Shown: positions 1 through 10,613, counted from the stretch's first letter. The stretch: DNA of 64,000 bases from Candidatus Sulfomarinibacteraceae bacterium (GCA_963796455.1 CAWCLO010000006.1:192001-256000), one strand, 5' to 3'. Made by a program: numbers and translations. Notes: generated from the sequence alone by a model not told the origin.

Positions 1-582
1 GCCGCGGCCGTCGATGTCGAGATCGCCGACTTTCGGCCCGCCGCTCACCTCCAGGTTCGTCCACTTGCCGTTGGTGATGCGGTGGGGCCCACCGCCGTTC
101 CCGATGGCCGCCATGACACCGGCGGCGTTGCTCTCGATCCCCAGACCGTAGCCGATTTTGGCGTTCTTCCATCCCTGGCCGTCGAAGTAGTGAAAGTGCC
201 TGCCACCCCCCAAGGAGGCCCACGGCCGGTTCTGGGCGTCCACCGAGATCCTCGAGGCAGTGGCGCCGGGGATCTCGTTCCAGCCCGAGCCGTTGCTCTT
301 GTAAATTTTCCAGCCCGAGGGCCCCGCGACCACCGGTTTCTGATCCGGTCCGACATCGATGACCGTGGCCCCGGTCAATGGCGTTGCGTGCGGCTGCCAA
401 CCAGAGCTGGTGGCAAAATAGATCCGATTGTCCTCCCCCACGACCCATACCGTGGTCCCGGAGATGGATACGTCCTTGGCCTTGATACCGATGTCGTTCC
501 ACTGCTCGGCGCCGGACGGATCCGCAGACAGAATCAAAACCACGAATACAACGAGAAGAACCATAGGATGTAACCGTTTCAT
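1..582 (-). CDS. Secreted tectonin-like beta-propeller repeat protein (3' end runs off the window)
   Basis: Not in the ORF track. Manual translation from ATG at 582 (GGAGG upstream): MKRLHPMVLLVVFVVLILSADPSGA signal peptide, then ~33-aa repeats KDVSISGTTVWVVGEDNRIYFATSSGW / VIDVGPDQKPVVAGPSGWKIYKSNGSGW / RISVDAQNRPWASLGGGRHFHYFDGQGW; open to the window edge. Confidence 0.7.
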   Translation of the reverse strand, partial: MKRLHPMVLLVVFVVLILSADPSGAEQWNDIGIKAKDVSISGTTVWVVGEDNRIYFATSSGWQPHATPLTGATVIDVGPDQKPVVAGPSGWKIYKSNGSGWNEIPGATASRISVDAQNRPWASLGGGRHFHYFDGQGWKNAKIGYGLGIESNAAGVMAAIGNGGGPHRITNGKWTNLEVSGGPKVGDLDIDGRG

Positions 583-738
583 TGTCCTGTCCTCCTGCCG
601 TTCATTTCTGTGCCTGTGGCGCAATTCTACACGACGCAAAATCGTTTGTGCGATTGAGAATCGATTTAAATCTAAGCAATCAATCTTGCAACAATGTCGA
701 ATCATCGTAGAATCGGCGCACACAAAGAGGAGGTCGCA

Positions 739-2163
739 ATGGAAACGCTACCCGGCAATGGGGTCGATGCGCTACCCGGTCTTGGAGCCTTCTTCGGACT
801 CAGCCTGCTCTGCGGATTGGTGCTCTACATCTACTTCTGCTTCATGCTGATGAAGATCGCCAACCGAACTCAAACTCCCGATGGGTGGATGGCGTGGATC
901 CCGATTCTCAACTTCGTTCTGATGTGCCGGATCGCCGGCCGCCCGAGCTGGTGGGTGATTCTGATGCTCATTCCGTTCGTCAATCTGATCGCCTTCATCG
1001 TGATCTGGATGGGCATCGCCGTGGCCTGCGGCAAGGACAGTTGGATCGGGTTGCTCATCATCGTTCCAGTCGTCGGACTCTTGATGCCCGCCTACCTGGC
1101 GTTCTCGGGCGGCCTGGGAGTTGCGCCATCTGCCAGACCAAAGGCCCCCGTCGCTTCGCCTCCCGCACGCAGTGCCACCGGCTGTGCGGCTTGCGGCGCC
1201 GGCGTCGATCCCGGCGACTCCTTCTGTGGCAGCTGCGGCCAAGCGATACCGCAGACGGTCCCCGCCGCGCCCTCCACACCATCATCGGGGCCGAGGTTGG
1301 TCCTGGCTTTGGTCGCCGTGGCGGCGATTGTGGGCATGGCTGCCATCGGTTTTCTCGGCTACCGCATGCTGAGCAGAGCGGCCGCCAGCGCCGCCTCCGG
1401 GTTCGAGCTGGAGAATCCCACGGCCGATAACAAGTCTCGGATCCGGAGCCCTCCTCCCGCAACGAGGCGGACGGCGACGTCCACCACTACGGATCGCTCA
1501 ACGAGGCCGTGCAGGCCGATGCCCAACCGACGGATCAGCGGATCACGAAACCTTCCAGGTCACCGAGGACGATTCCTACGAAGGCGCAGCGCCGCCCATT
1601 GGTGTGCAGAGTTCCACCGTCGATCTCGGCTCCGGGGTCGAGACCGGGCAAGGCGCCCCGCTGGTTTACCGAGAATCCAGTGGCGCATCGTTAGGCACCA
1701 ATGACGAACTGATCGCTGCGGCCATCGAAGGTCCGGTCGATAGGGTCCTGGATCTGATCGGCCGCGGGGCCAACGTCAACGCCCGGACGAGACCGGACAG
1801 ATTCCCCTGGTGATGGCCGTCCTCGGAGGTGACCCCGACATCGTCGGCACGCTCGCAGCCGCGGGCGCCGACCTCAACGCAACAGACTCCGAAGGGCGGA
1901 CTGCTCTCCACTACGCCATTGACCCGTTCATCACCGATATCCTGCTGACCTCAGGGGCTGATGCCAACGCCCGGGACCGCAACGGCATCACCCCGCTGAT
2001 GGAAGCGGCCGATGCAGGCGAGGCGGAGACGGTCGGGATGCTTCTGGATTACGGCGCAAATCCAGGCGCAAGGGATTCGTCGGGCAGATCCGCGATGTCG
2101 ATCGCCCGCGAAAATGGTTTCGACGATATCGAGCAGCTTCTCGAGAACGCGGGTGGGATGTAG
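739..2163 (+). CDS. DUF5684-like membrane domain + zinc ribbon + C-terminal ankyrin repeats (frameshifted)
   Basis: GGAGG-ATG at 739; WMAWIPILN..GRPSWWVILMLIPFVN membrane domain; CAAC..FCGSC ribbon; ankyrin repeats (GRTALHYA, GITPLMEAA) in ORFs 1604-1813 and 1810-2163. Three apparent one-base shifts (~1428, ~1528, ~1785) restore one frame; adding one G at ~1785 gives NARDETGQIPLVMAVLGG. Confidence 0.7.
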
Positions 2164-2165
2164 GG

Positions 2166-5100
2166 TCAGTCTTTTCGCGCGAAGATCCAGCTGAAACGGA
2201 ACTCGTAATCGGTTCCCGTTTTCGGATCGTCGAGGGAACGTACGATATCCGCCGGGGAGTTGATAAAGCTTTCCCTCGGCGAGAAGAGTTGAACCTCCGA
2301 AAGCAACCCCGCCTCTCTTGATTTCAAGGTCAGAGAACGAAACCCTGACGGTTTCAAAGGGATGTCCGCCAGCATCGGGTCTGAAACAGGCATGAGCGCA
2401 ACGCTCTTCACCGTCAGGTAGTACTCCCCGTCAAAGCGGCGGATGCTGAACTTCGCCGGCAAACCAGGAGAACGAATCAACTTACCAAGGGCCGGCGCAA
2501 CCTCCTCGACACCCTTGATCAATTCGCCGCCCAACTCCTCCATGAATTTCTGGTCCTCTTGCGCCTCTCGTTTTTGGCTGCGCTCGTGATCGGTGGCCGT
2601 GGGCAAGCGACGGATTCTGGCCCTCTCCTGATCCACCTGCTCGTTATAGATGCTCCTGACCTGGACCATGCTTTTGGTGAGGTAGAGGCCGTGCGTCTCG
2701 CGGACGAAACCCGACCAGTCGCCGACAAAGGGATCGCGATTCGGGACCGGTGCCGGGTGACTTTCATTGCCGAACTCGTCGATAACGCTCACCGTGAAGA
2801 CGTAGTCGTCGGTCGAAGGCATGCCGGGGTCGTAGTCGTAAGACTCCAGTCTCGTTCGATCGACCCGGCTGAACGCAGAGTTCGGCTGCCCCGCAAGCTT
2901 CCGAAAGACCTGATACTCGCGCCAGACCTCTGGATAATTTTTGAGGGCGACCTCGTCCCACTCGACCTGCCAGGTATTTGCGGGCGTTTGCCAGTACCGA
3001 ACGTTTTCCGGGGGGACCAAAAGCCACCGCTGGACATTTACTCCGCGAACCGACTCCTCCAGTGAACGGTTGACCGCCACTACCGTGACGCAGTCGGGAT
3101 GAGATTCTTGACCGACCTGGTCGATCACCAGGATCGGCAGTTTGTCCGGCGCCAGGGGGATCTTTTCCATCGGATCCGGGCGGCCGGGATAGGGTGCGAA
3201 TCCGATGCATTCATCCTTCCCCATATACAGCGCCAGGTCCGGCGAGACAGGCTCGTTGCTTTCGAATCGAACCACCAGCTTCGCTTTTTGGGTTTCGGGA
3301 AACTCCCCCACGCTCATGTAGACAGCTTCAGCGGAAAGATGCGGCAGGTGGCGGCGCCCGTGTTTTTCTTCAACCCCGAACTCGTGTGACGCCCACGGAT
3401 TGACAAAATGCCAGGAGGTACCGGGTAACCCGATTGAGACGTTGATGAACTTCTTATCGGTCAGAGAAAGCGCCTCCATCAGAACCGGCTGAAAGGCGCC
3501 AGTGTGGTATCCCGGGACCATACCTGGAGATCGCCCATGCCCCTTCCAGAACTCGTTGTGGAAAAAATCCAGTGCGAATTCCGTAAACAGATCGGCCAGA
3601 CCCCGATTGCCACCCTTCAAAGTTTTTCTACCCGCCGCATCGAGATCCTCGAGCTCGACGAAATGACCCAACCAGCTTTCAGCCGCAGCCACGAGAAACT
3701 TCAACCCGGCTCGCGTGCCGAAGCCCTGGTCCAACCACCGCGGAAAAACGAAGTACGGGTCGATGACCAATCCACCCGCGTCCATCGGCCACTGAGGGAT
3801 GACGCCACCTTTCACTACCGACGTCGGCAAAAGCCGTTTCAGTGGCCGTCCCTGATCCTCCCAGTAATGGAAGGCGACGTAGGCGGCCATGAGATCGATG
3901 AACCATCCCGAATAACGGGCCGTGAGCGCGCTGAAATGCTCGTCGAGCGCTACGTTTGTAAGTTCGCGCGCCGCGGCGTAGCGGATGATCTCGTCGGCTG
4001 GGACCCGCGCCCTCGCGGCGAGACTAATCAGCTCCGACGAGACGAACAACGGTCCGCCGAGTTGCGTGGCTCCAAACCAATGTCCGATGCCCTGAACGAA
4101 TACGTCGTGCCGGATGATTTTGACCACCGGCACATCGAGACCCATCTTGTTGAAACCCGTCAGACAGTCCTCCAGCAGTTCTCCGAGATACCGCACGTAG
4201 AGTGGATGGCCGTCCGGGGTGTTTTTGCCACCAAACGTAACGCCGGCCTCACGAAAAGCCTTGTCGTCCGGGACGGCATGTTTCCCGGTCGTCACATAGT
4301 GGATCTTGAAGTTTCCTCTCGGTGTTTCGTACTCGAGTCCAGAGGTAACCCACCACGCCGCTGAGTAGACCTGTGCGCGACCCGTGCTGGTCCCCGCGAC
4401 CGCTCCCACCGCCGCAAGACCGGCCACACCCACCGGCCACGCGACACTTGTACCAGCACCAGCAGCAGCAGCCAGGTTGAGCGTGCTGCCCGCAATCTGC
4501 GGGACCAGGGCAGGGGTTGGGATAGCCGCAATGGGGGCGGCGACGCTTGCATGCGGGAGTTCGGCGGTGATGGTTTTTTTCTCGCGATCGATCCGCGACG
4601 GGAACGCCACCCAGCGGCCGTTTTCCCAGCATGCGATAGCCGGCAGATCCCCATCGCTCAGCCCTTCATAGGGCAAGGTCAAGGTCACCGGTCGTTGAAA
4701 GGTGTAGTGCTCCCGGTCACCGATGCGGAGGTCCACCGCCGGTCCGGCGAATGGTGCCGCCATCTCGTCCGAGACCCTGAGCAACGGGGTCATCGATATC
4801 TCTGTGGCGATACCGATGGCGCCGGGTGGGACCTTGAGAGATGCAGTTTCTGAAAATGCCAACTCGGCGCCGCTCGCGGGCTCGTAGTGTGTCGCGACCC
4901 GGCCGAAATCGAAGTCGACCCGTTCACCCGGAGGTTGGGGCTCGGACCGCTCACCGGTCGTCGACTGCTCCTCGGCCCACCGCGCCCACGCTTCCGGATT
5001 GTCCACCAGCGTGATGTGCGGTTCGTACCGCGGCCCCCGCCAGAACGCCATCCGGTCGAACCATTTCGGATTGATCCACAGGACCAGTACGAGCTCCACC

Positions 5101-5180
5101 AGAAGTACGACTGTCAGGCAGAATGATCGAGAAGCAACCGAGGCAGCCGAGGTTCGATTGCTTGCCGTGGGGGCGTTCAT
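2166..5180 (-). CDS. Large membrane-anchored protein: ZU5-like domain, degenerate zincin-like domain, FN3-like domain
   Basis: 1033-aa ORF, likely start MNAPTAS at 5180 (ATGA overlap with upstream gene); N-terminal TM; SLKVPPGAI..FQRPVTLTLPY..AELPHAS ZU5-like; PPENVRY..YVFTVSVIDEFGNES FN3-like. Confidence 0.7.
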   Translation of the reverse strand: MNAPTASNRTSAASVASRSFCLTVVLLVELVLVLWINPKWFDRMAFWRGPRYEPHITLVDNPEAWARWAEEQSTTGERSEPQPPGERVDFDFGRVATHYEPASGAELAFSETASLKVPPGAIGIATEISMTPLLRVSDEMAAPFAGPAVDLRIGDREHYTFQRPVTLTLPYEGLSDGDLPAIACWENGRWVAFPSRIDREKKTITAELPHASVAAPIAAIPTPALVPQIAGSTLNLAAAAGAGTSVAWPVGVAGLAAVGAVAGTSTGRAQVYSAAWWVTSGLEYETPRGNFKIHYVTTGKHAVPDDKAFREAGVTFGGKNTPDGHPLYVRYLGELLEDCLTGFNKMGLDVPVVKIIRHDVFVQGIGHWFGATQLGGPLFVSSELISLAARARVPADEIIRYAAARELTNVALDEHFSALTARYSGWFIDLMAAYVAFHYWEDQGRPLKRLLPTSVVKGGVIPQWPMDAGGLVIDPYFVFPRWLDQGFGTRAGLKFLVAAAESWLGHFVELEDLDAAGRKTLKGGNRGLADLFTEFALDFFHNEFWKGHGRSPGMVPGYHTGAFQPVLMEALSLTDKKFINVSIGLPGTSWHFVNPWASHEFGVEEKHGRRHLPHLSAEAVYMSVGEFPETQKAKLVVRFESNEPVSPDLALYMGKDECIGFAPYPGRPDPMEKIPLAPDKLPILVIDQVGQESHPDCVTVVAVNRSLEESVRGVNVQRWLLVPPENVRYWQTPANTWQVEWDEVALKNYPEVWREYQVFRKLAGQPNSAFSRVDRTRLESYDYDPGMPSTDDYVFTVSVIDEFGNESHPAPVPNRDPFVGDWSGFVRETHGLYLTKSMVQVRSIYNEQVDQERARIRRLPTATDHERSQKREAQEDQKFMEELGGELIKGVEEVAPALGKLIRSPGLPAKFSIRRFDGEYYLTVKSVALMPVSDPMLADIPLKPSGFRSLTLKSREAGLLSEVQLFSPRESFINSPADIVRSLDDPKTGTDYEFRFSWIFARKD

Positions 5181-5882
5181 GACAGCACCCCCTTCATGGT
5201 GAGCACAATGAGCACGAAAAGAGCAAAGTCGATGGCCAACCAGGTCTGGAGGCCGATTCAGGGCCACCCTCCGCGACCGACCCGGCCGCCGGCGTCAGCA
5301 ATCCGCCGAGCCCCCATGTGCGCCTCGACAAAACCGACAACCCAGGGGATGACGAGCGGGCTGAAGACCAACAGCAGGAATCCAAGGAAAGGCTTTCCGT
5401 TGTATGACTGACCGGCCCCCGGAACCAGGATCCCCGAGAATAACGCCACCACCGGGCTGTGGCGGCGCGCTCCGGGTGCCAGTTCGACGACCGGTGGAGG
5501 AGCCTCTTTTCTTGGCGTCGGCGCGGCTTGTTTCTTCGGAGGCGGGGTCATCTTTGGTTTCGGCTTGGGGGGCTGTTTTGACTCGACACGGGCATCCGAC
5601 GAAGAGGAACCGCAGGAACTGCAAAACCGGGCGTCCGAATCGAGCTTGGTTCCGCACGATCCACAGACCAGAGTCTGGATCGGCAACGGCCCGGCCTCGA
5701 GAATCCTCTCGGCTCCGCATTTGGAACAGAATCTCTTGCCCTTTGGAATCTCAGCGCCGCAATCGCTGCAGGTGGGCCTCGGTGACCTTGGGGCAGGCCT
5801 TTCCGAGAGCCCCCCCACACGTGGTGCAGAAACGCGTTTCCAGTCGGTTTCGGTGCCCACACTCGCCGCAGGTAGTACTCAT
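5177..5882 (-). CDS. Multi zinc-ribbon membrane protein (one frameshift and one in-frame TGA)
   Basis: Three CxxC..CxxC ribbons (CGEC..CTTC, CSDC..CSKC, CGSC..CSSC), Pro/Lys linker, TM2-like SPVVALFSGILVPGAGQSYNG; frame change near the G7 run at ~5815; TGA at 5258-5260 followed in frame by IGLQTWLAIDFALFVLIVLTMKGVLS*. Confidence 0.65.
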
Positions 5883-6002
5883 CGACCTGCGCCTCCTTTG
5901 GCTGATTGAGCGAGATTGTACAGGCACCGGATCTTTTTTGGGAATACGTTGTCTCAATACGCTGAGTGATTATCAGGACGAGACGCAACAGGCGATCGTG
6001 AT

Positions 6003-6515
6003 TCAGGGACCGGTGTTCCCGTCGTCCGTCACATCCACCGCCACCGCGTAGCAGAGTTCACGATCCGGATCCACGATCGCGGTCCACTCGAAAACTATGT
6101 AGCTTCCATCAGCAGCCAGGTGTCGATTTCGAAATCCCCGGGTCTGCTCGCCGGCCACCAGCTGTTCCATCACGTACATGGTCTCGAGGTGGTCTGCCGG
6201 ATGTACGCGATCCAAAAACGAGCTCTCGAGAATTTCCTGCTCCGAGTAGCCGAGGGTGTCGCAGAGCTTTTGGTTGACCCGCAGAAATCTACCTTCGACC
6301 AGGTCCGCGATCACGAACATCACCAGCGTCTGGTCAAAAAAGCCCTCGATGATTTGTGCTGCCTCGGGCACAAGGGCTGCGTCCTCGACGCGAATGCCGA
6401 GTAGTTTTTCCAACTCGATCACCCGTGCTCGAAGAGCTCGGACATCATCAGTGAGGATGGGGTCGATAATCTGGGCCTTTCTCTCCTCGGGCCGAAGTTC
6501 GTTTACTTTACCCAA
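6003..6515 (-). CDS. Stand-alone PAS domain protein with N-terminal coiled coil
   Basis: GRFLRVNQKLCDTLGYSEQEI..VHPAD..FRNRHLAADGSYIVFEW..AVAVDVTD PAS/PAC pattern; no output domain. Confidence 0.8.
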   Translation of the reverse strand: MGKVNELRPEERKAQIIDPILTDDVRALRARVIELEKLLGIRVEDAALVPEAAQIIEGFFDQTLVMFVIADLVEGRFLRVNQKLCDTLGYSEQEILESSFLDRVHPADHLETMYVMEQLVAGEQTRGFRNRHLAADGSYIVFEWTAIVDPDRELCYAVAVDVTDDGNTGP

Positions 6516-6707
6516 TGTATGTTCTGAAATCCACTATTGGGAGTTGGATGCCAATCAACTTCAGTATTCGAGTCAAAACGAATCTGATGCCGGACTTTTC
6601 ATAGGGTCCCAGGTGGAAACTTCGGGGGTGCTAGAATCTGAGTCACACTATCAGACTCATCGCGACTCACAGCAATAGCCGGGGGGGTTCCGGCAGAAGG
6701 AGCAAAG

Positions 6708-9700
6708 ATGTCGAAACAACGATTTGTTATCGTTCTTGCCGTTCTTTCAATGATTGCCGCTGCACCCGGGCTCGGGGCCCAGGACCTGATCATCACCGGT
6801 GTGATCGACGGCCCGCTCAGCGGAGGAATTCCGAAGGCAGTCGAATTCTACGCCGTGAATGCCATTCCCGATCTCTCGATCTACGGCTTCGGTTCGGCCA
6901 ACAACGGTGGCGCGGGTGGAGTCCAAGAGTTCACATTCCCTTCATTGAGTGTCAGTTCCGAGGCCTTCATCTATGTCGCAAGCGAAACGACTGGATTCAC
7001 CACGTTTTTTGGATTTGGACCGGACTCCACGAGCAGCGCCGCAAACATCAACGGTGACGACGCCATTGAGCTTTTCCAGAACGGATCGGTGGTCGACGTT
7101 TTCGGAGAGGTCGGCGTCGACGGAACCGGACAACCCTGGGAGTACACGGACGGCTGGGCCTACAGGGTTGATGGAACGGGCCCCGATGGAACGACGTTTG
7201 TCCTTGGTAACTGGTCGTTCAGCGGGCCCAATGCACTCGATGGTGAGACCACCAACGACACGGCCGCAGTACCATTCCCGATCGGCACATATGTTGCCGG
7301 GTCTCCTCCCCCGCCCGCCGCACCGGATCTGCTCTTGACTGAACTCGTTGTCACCCCGACCGGTGGCGAGTTCATCGAGATCCACAATCCCACAGCACAG
7401 AACATCGATCTGTCGGATGTTTATCTGACCGACGCCACCTTTGCCGGCGGCAACACCTTCTACTACAACATCGTGACCGGCAGTAATGCCGGCGGCGGCG
7501 GATTCGGGGATTTCCACGCCCGCTTCCCCGATGGCTCCTCCATCGGCCCCGGTGCCTACCAGACTGTGTCGCTCGCCGGCTCTGATGACTTCTTCGCAGA
7601 GTTCAGCAGCAATCCCGACTACGAACTTTATGAGGACGGAACACCGGACGCCATTCCCGACATGCGTGAAGCCCTGCCAGGGTCGATCAACGGCCAGGGC
7701 GGTCTGACCAACAACGGCGAAGTGGTCATCCTCTATACCTGGGATGGACTGTCCGATCTGGTGGCCGATATCGACTATGCGGTATGGGGCGACAAGGCGG
7801 AAGCCGTCGACAAGACCGGAATCTCCATCGACGGGCCCGACGCCGATTCCGACACCTCGACCTATTTGGACGACACGGCCATCCCGTCGCAAGACGTTGT
7901 TGATGTGGGAGGTCATGCGATTGGAACATCCTTCCAGCGGGTCGATCTCGCCGAAGGTACCGAGACCCAGACCGGCGGCAACGGTCTCACCGGTTCCGAC
8001 GAGACCTCTGAAAACCTCTCGGCAACCTGGTCCACGGACACGACTCCCACCCCGGGCGGTGCCTATGTCCCGCCGACCCCGCCGACCGTATGGATCATCA
8101 ACGAGATCCACGCTGACCCGGCGGGCGATATCAGCGGCGACGCCAACAATGACGGCGAACGCGATGGCTCTGATGACGAGTTCGTCGAGATCATCAATGT
8201 CAGTGGTTCGGTGGCGGACATCTCCGGTTGGACCCTCGCCGACGGCTTCGGCGTCCGTCACGTCTTCCCGGCTGGAACGATCGTCGAGAACCAATGCGGC
8301 GTCGTGGTTTTTGGCGGCGGCGTCCCGACCGGACCCTTCGGCGGAGTCGTTGTGCAAACGGCATCGGGTGGATCATTGGGTTTCAATAACTCGGGCGACA
8401 CCGTCACACTCAACAATGGATCGGCCGATGTCGCCGTCGCTTCCTACGGTGGCGAAGGCAGCGACAACCAATCCCTGACCCTCGACCCCGATCTCACCGG
8501 CGCACCCTGGACCAAGCACAGCATCGCCACCGGCTCCGGCGGCTCGCTCTTTTCGCCCGGAACCCTGGTTGACGGCTCACAATTCGGCGGCTGTCCCTTC
8601 GTGGGGGTCGAGTATCGCGAGATCTTCGAGATCCAGGGCAACGGTCTCGTTTCACCCTATGTGGGTCAGACGGTGTTGACCGAGGACAACGCGGTCACCG
8701 CCCTGGCCCCCGATGGTTTCTTCATGCAGACTCCGGCAGGCCGAAGCGATGGCGATGTGGACACCTCCGACGGCATTTTCGTTTTCACCGCCGGCGCGCC
8801 GACCGTGGCGGTCGGTGACCGGGTCGATGTCACCGGTGTGGTGGCCGAATTTTTCTTTTTCACCGAGCTCAACTCGCCGACGGTGACCATCGTGGGTGCC
8901 GGTTCGGTGCCCGGCGCGGTCGCATTCAATGCAGCTGTTCCGACACCCGATCCGGCCTTCCCATCGTGCGCCATCGAGTTCGAGTGCTACGAGGGCATGA
9001 AGATCGACGTGGCCAATGGGACGGTCACCGGCCCCAACCAGCGTTTTGGCACCGATCCCATCGCGGAAGCCCACATCGTCACCTACTCCGAACGCGCCTT
9101 CCGTGAGCCCGGCGTCGAGTTCCCGGGACTCGGGATGCCACCCATCCCGACCTGGGACAGCAACCCGGAGGTATTTGAACTCGATCCCGACAAACTGGGT
9201 CTGCCGAACCAGATCCTGCCGGGAGGTTCCACCTTCTCGGCCACCGGTGTGCTCGGCTACGAGTTCGGCGGCTATGAATTGTGGCCCACCGAACTCACAG
9301 TCGATCCGGTCACTCTGCCCCGGATGGTCTGGCCGCGCGAAATCGGAGAGTTCACGGTTGGAAGCCTCAATCTCTACCGGCTCTTTGACGACGTCGACGA
9401 CCCCATCGACGATCAGGGACGAAATGATGCGGTGGTCTCCACCGCCGAGTACACGACCCGTTTGGTGAAGCTTTCGGCCCACATCCGCTTGGTGCTTGAT
9501 GCACCGGATGTTTTGGCAGTTCAAGAAGCAGAAAAACTCGGCGTCCTCGAGGATCTGGCGGACCAGATCGCATTCGACGATCCGAGCATCTCCTACCGCG
9601 CCTATCTCGTTGAGGGCAATGACGTCGGGACGATCGACATCGGTTTCATGGTCCGTGATGGTGTCAACGTCGACACCATCACCCAACTCGGCAAGGACGA

Positions 9701-10613
9701 GATCTTTACCTTTGATGGATCGCTACTCCACGACCGTCCGCCCCTGCTCCTCGAGGGCAGCTGTCAGCTCGAATTCGGTACATCGCCGATCGCGGTACTC
9801 GGTGTTCACAATCGATCCCTGAGCGGGATCGACGATCCATCGGACGGCGAACGGGTCCGGCTGAAACGCTACACACAGGCGGAGTCCATCGCGATGATGG
9901 TGCAGGACCTCCAGATCACCGACCCCGACATTCCGTTGGCCGTGGTCGGAGATTTCAACGCCTTTGAGTTCACCGATGGTTATGTGGATTCGGTGGGTAT
10001 CATCAAGGGTGACTTCGTGCCGGCTGAAAGCCTGATCTGCTCAACCGAACCGTGTGCGGATTTGGTGGATCCGGACCTCACAAACCAGGTGCTCAACCTG
10101 CTACCCGACGAACGCTACTCGTTCATATTCCAAGGCAGCGCCCAGGCCCTCGACCACGTGCTCACGAGCGAAGGCCTCGACCCCGAAGTCACCGCCCTCG
10201 CCTTCGGACGCGGCAACGCCGACGCAGCGGTCGAGTTGCGCAGCGACGACACCAGCGCCGCAACCCTACCGCTTCGCGCATCCGACCACGATGGCCTGGT
10301 GCTTTACCTGCTCAAGGACGAGGATGGAGATGGGGTGCCCGACGCAAGCGACTACTGCCCCGGGACGACCGTTCCCGAATCGGTGCCCACGGTACGCCTC
10401 GGCACGAACCGATGGGCGCTGGTGGATGACGATGGGTATTTCGACACCAAGACGCCCAACAGCAAACCACCGAAGCGGTGCTACTCGCTGCAGGACACGG
10501 CAGGCTGCTCGTGTGAGCAGATCATCGAAGCCCTTCACCTCGGCAAGGGACACGAGAAGTTCGGCTGCAGCAACGGCGTGATGGATCACTGGGTCGAAGT
10601 CGTCCAGCACTGA
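6708..10613 (+). CDS. ExeM/NucH-like extracellular nuclease (lamin-tail domains, OB fold, EEP domain)
   Basis: Signal peptide; LTD motifs (IINEIHADP..DEFVEIIN); OB fold (IFEIQG..GFFMQ..TSDGIFVF..VGDRVDVTG); EEP motifs LAVQE, GDFNA, LDHVL, SDHD. Confidence 0.85.
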   Translation: MSKQRFVIVLAVLSMIAAAPGLGAQDLIITGVIDGPLSGGIPKAVEFYAVNAIPDLSIYGFGSANNGGAGGVQEFTFPSLSVSSEAFIYVASETTGFTTFFGFGPDSTSSAANINGDDAIELFQNGSVVDVFGEVGVDGTGQPWEYTDGWAYRVDGTGPDGTTFVLGNWSFSGPNALDGETTNDTAAVPFPIGTYVAGSPPPPAAPDLLLTELVVTPTGGEFIEIHNPTAQNIDLSDVYLTDATFAGGNTFYYNIVTGSNAGGGGFGDFHARFPDGSSIGPGAYQTVSLAGSDDFFAEFSSNPDYELYEDGTPDAIPDMREALPGSINGQGGLTNNGEVVILYTWDGLSDLVADIDYAVWGDKAEAVDKTGISIDGPDADSDTSTYLDDTAIPSQDVVDVGGHAIGTSFQRVDLAEGTETQTGGNGLTGSDETSENLSATWSTDTTPTPGGAYVPPTPPTVWIINEIHADPAGDISGDANNDGERDGSDDEFVEIINVSGSVADISGWTLADGFGVRHVFPAGTIVENQCGVVVFGGGVPTGPFGGVVVQTASGGSLGFNNSGDTVTLNNGSADVAVASYGGEGSDNQSLTLDPDLTGAPWTKHSIATGSGGSLFSPGTLVDGSQFGGCPFVGVEYREIFEIQGNGLVSPYVGQTVLTEDNAVTALAPDGFFMQTPAGRSDGDVDTSDGIFVFTAGAPTVAVGDRVDVTGVVAEFFFFTELNSPTVTIVGAGSVPGAVAFNAAVPTPDPAFPSCAIEFECYEGMKIDVANGTVTGPNQRFGTDPIAEAHIVTYSERAFREPGVEFPGLGMPPIPTWDSNPEVFELDPDKLGLPNQILPGGSTFSATGVLGYEFGGYELWPTELTVDPVTLPRMVWPREIGEFTVGSLNLYRLFDDVDDPIDDQGRNDAVVSTAEYTTRLVKLSAHIRLVLDAPDVLAVQEAEKLGVLEDLADQIAFDDPSISYRAYLVEGNDVGTIDIGFMVRDGVNVDTITQLGKDEIFTFDGSLLHDRPPLLLEGSCQLEFGTSPIAVLGVHNRSLSGIDDPSDGERVRLKRYTQAESIAMMVQDLQITDPDIPLAVVGDFNAFEFTDGYVDSVGIIKGDFVPAESLICSTEPCADLVDPDLTNQVLNLLPDERYSFIFQGSAQALDHVLTSEGLDPEVTALAFGRGNADAAVELRSDDTSAATLPLRASDHDGLVLYLLKDEDGDGVPDASDYCPGTTVPESVPTVRLGTNRWALVDDDGYFDTKTPNSKPPKRCYSLQDTAGCSCEQIIEALHLGKGHEKFGCSNGVMDHWVEVVQH

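Noticed and set aside
5258..5260. Selenocysteine or TGA=Trp recoding
   Set aside because: The context is a TM segment, not a redox motif, and TGA serves as a normal stop in many genes in this window
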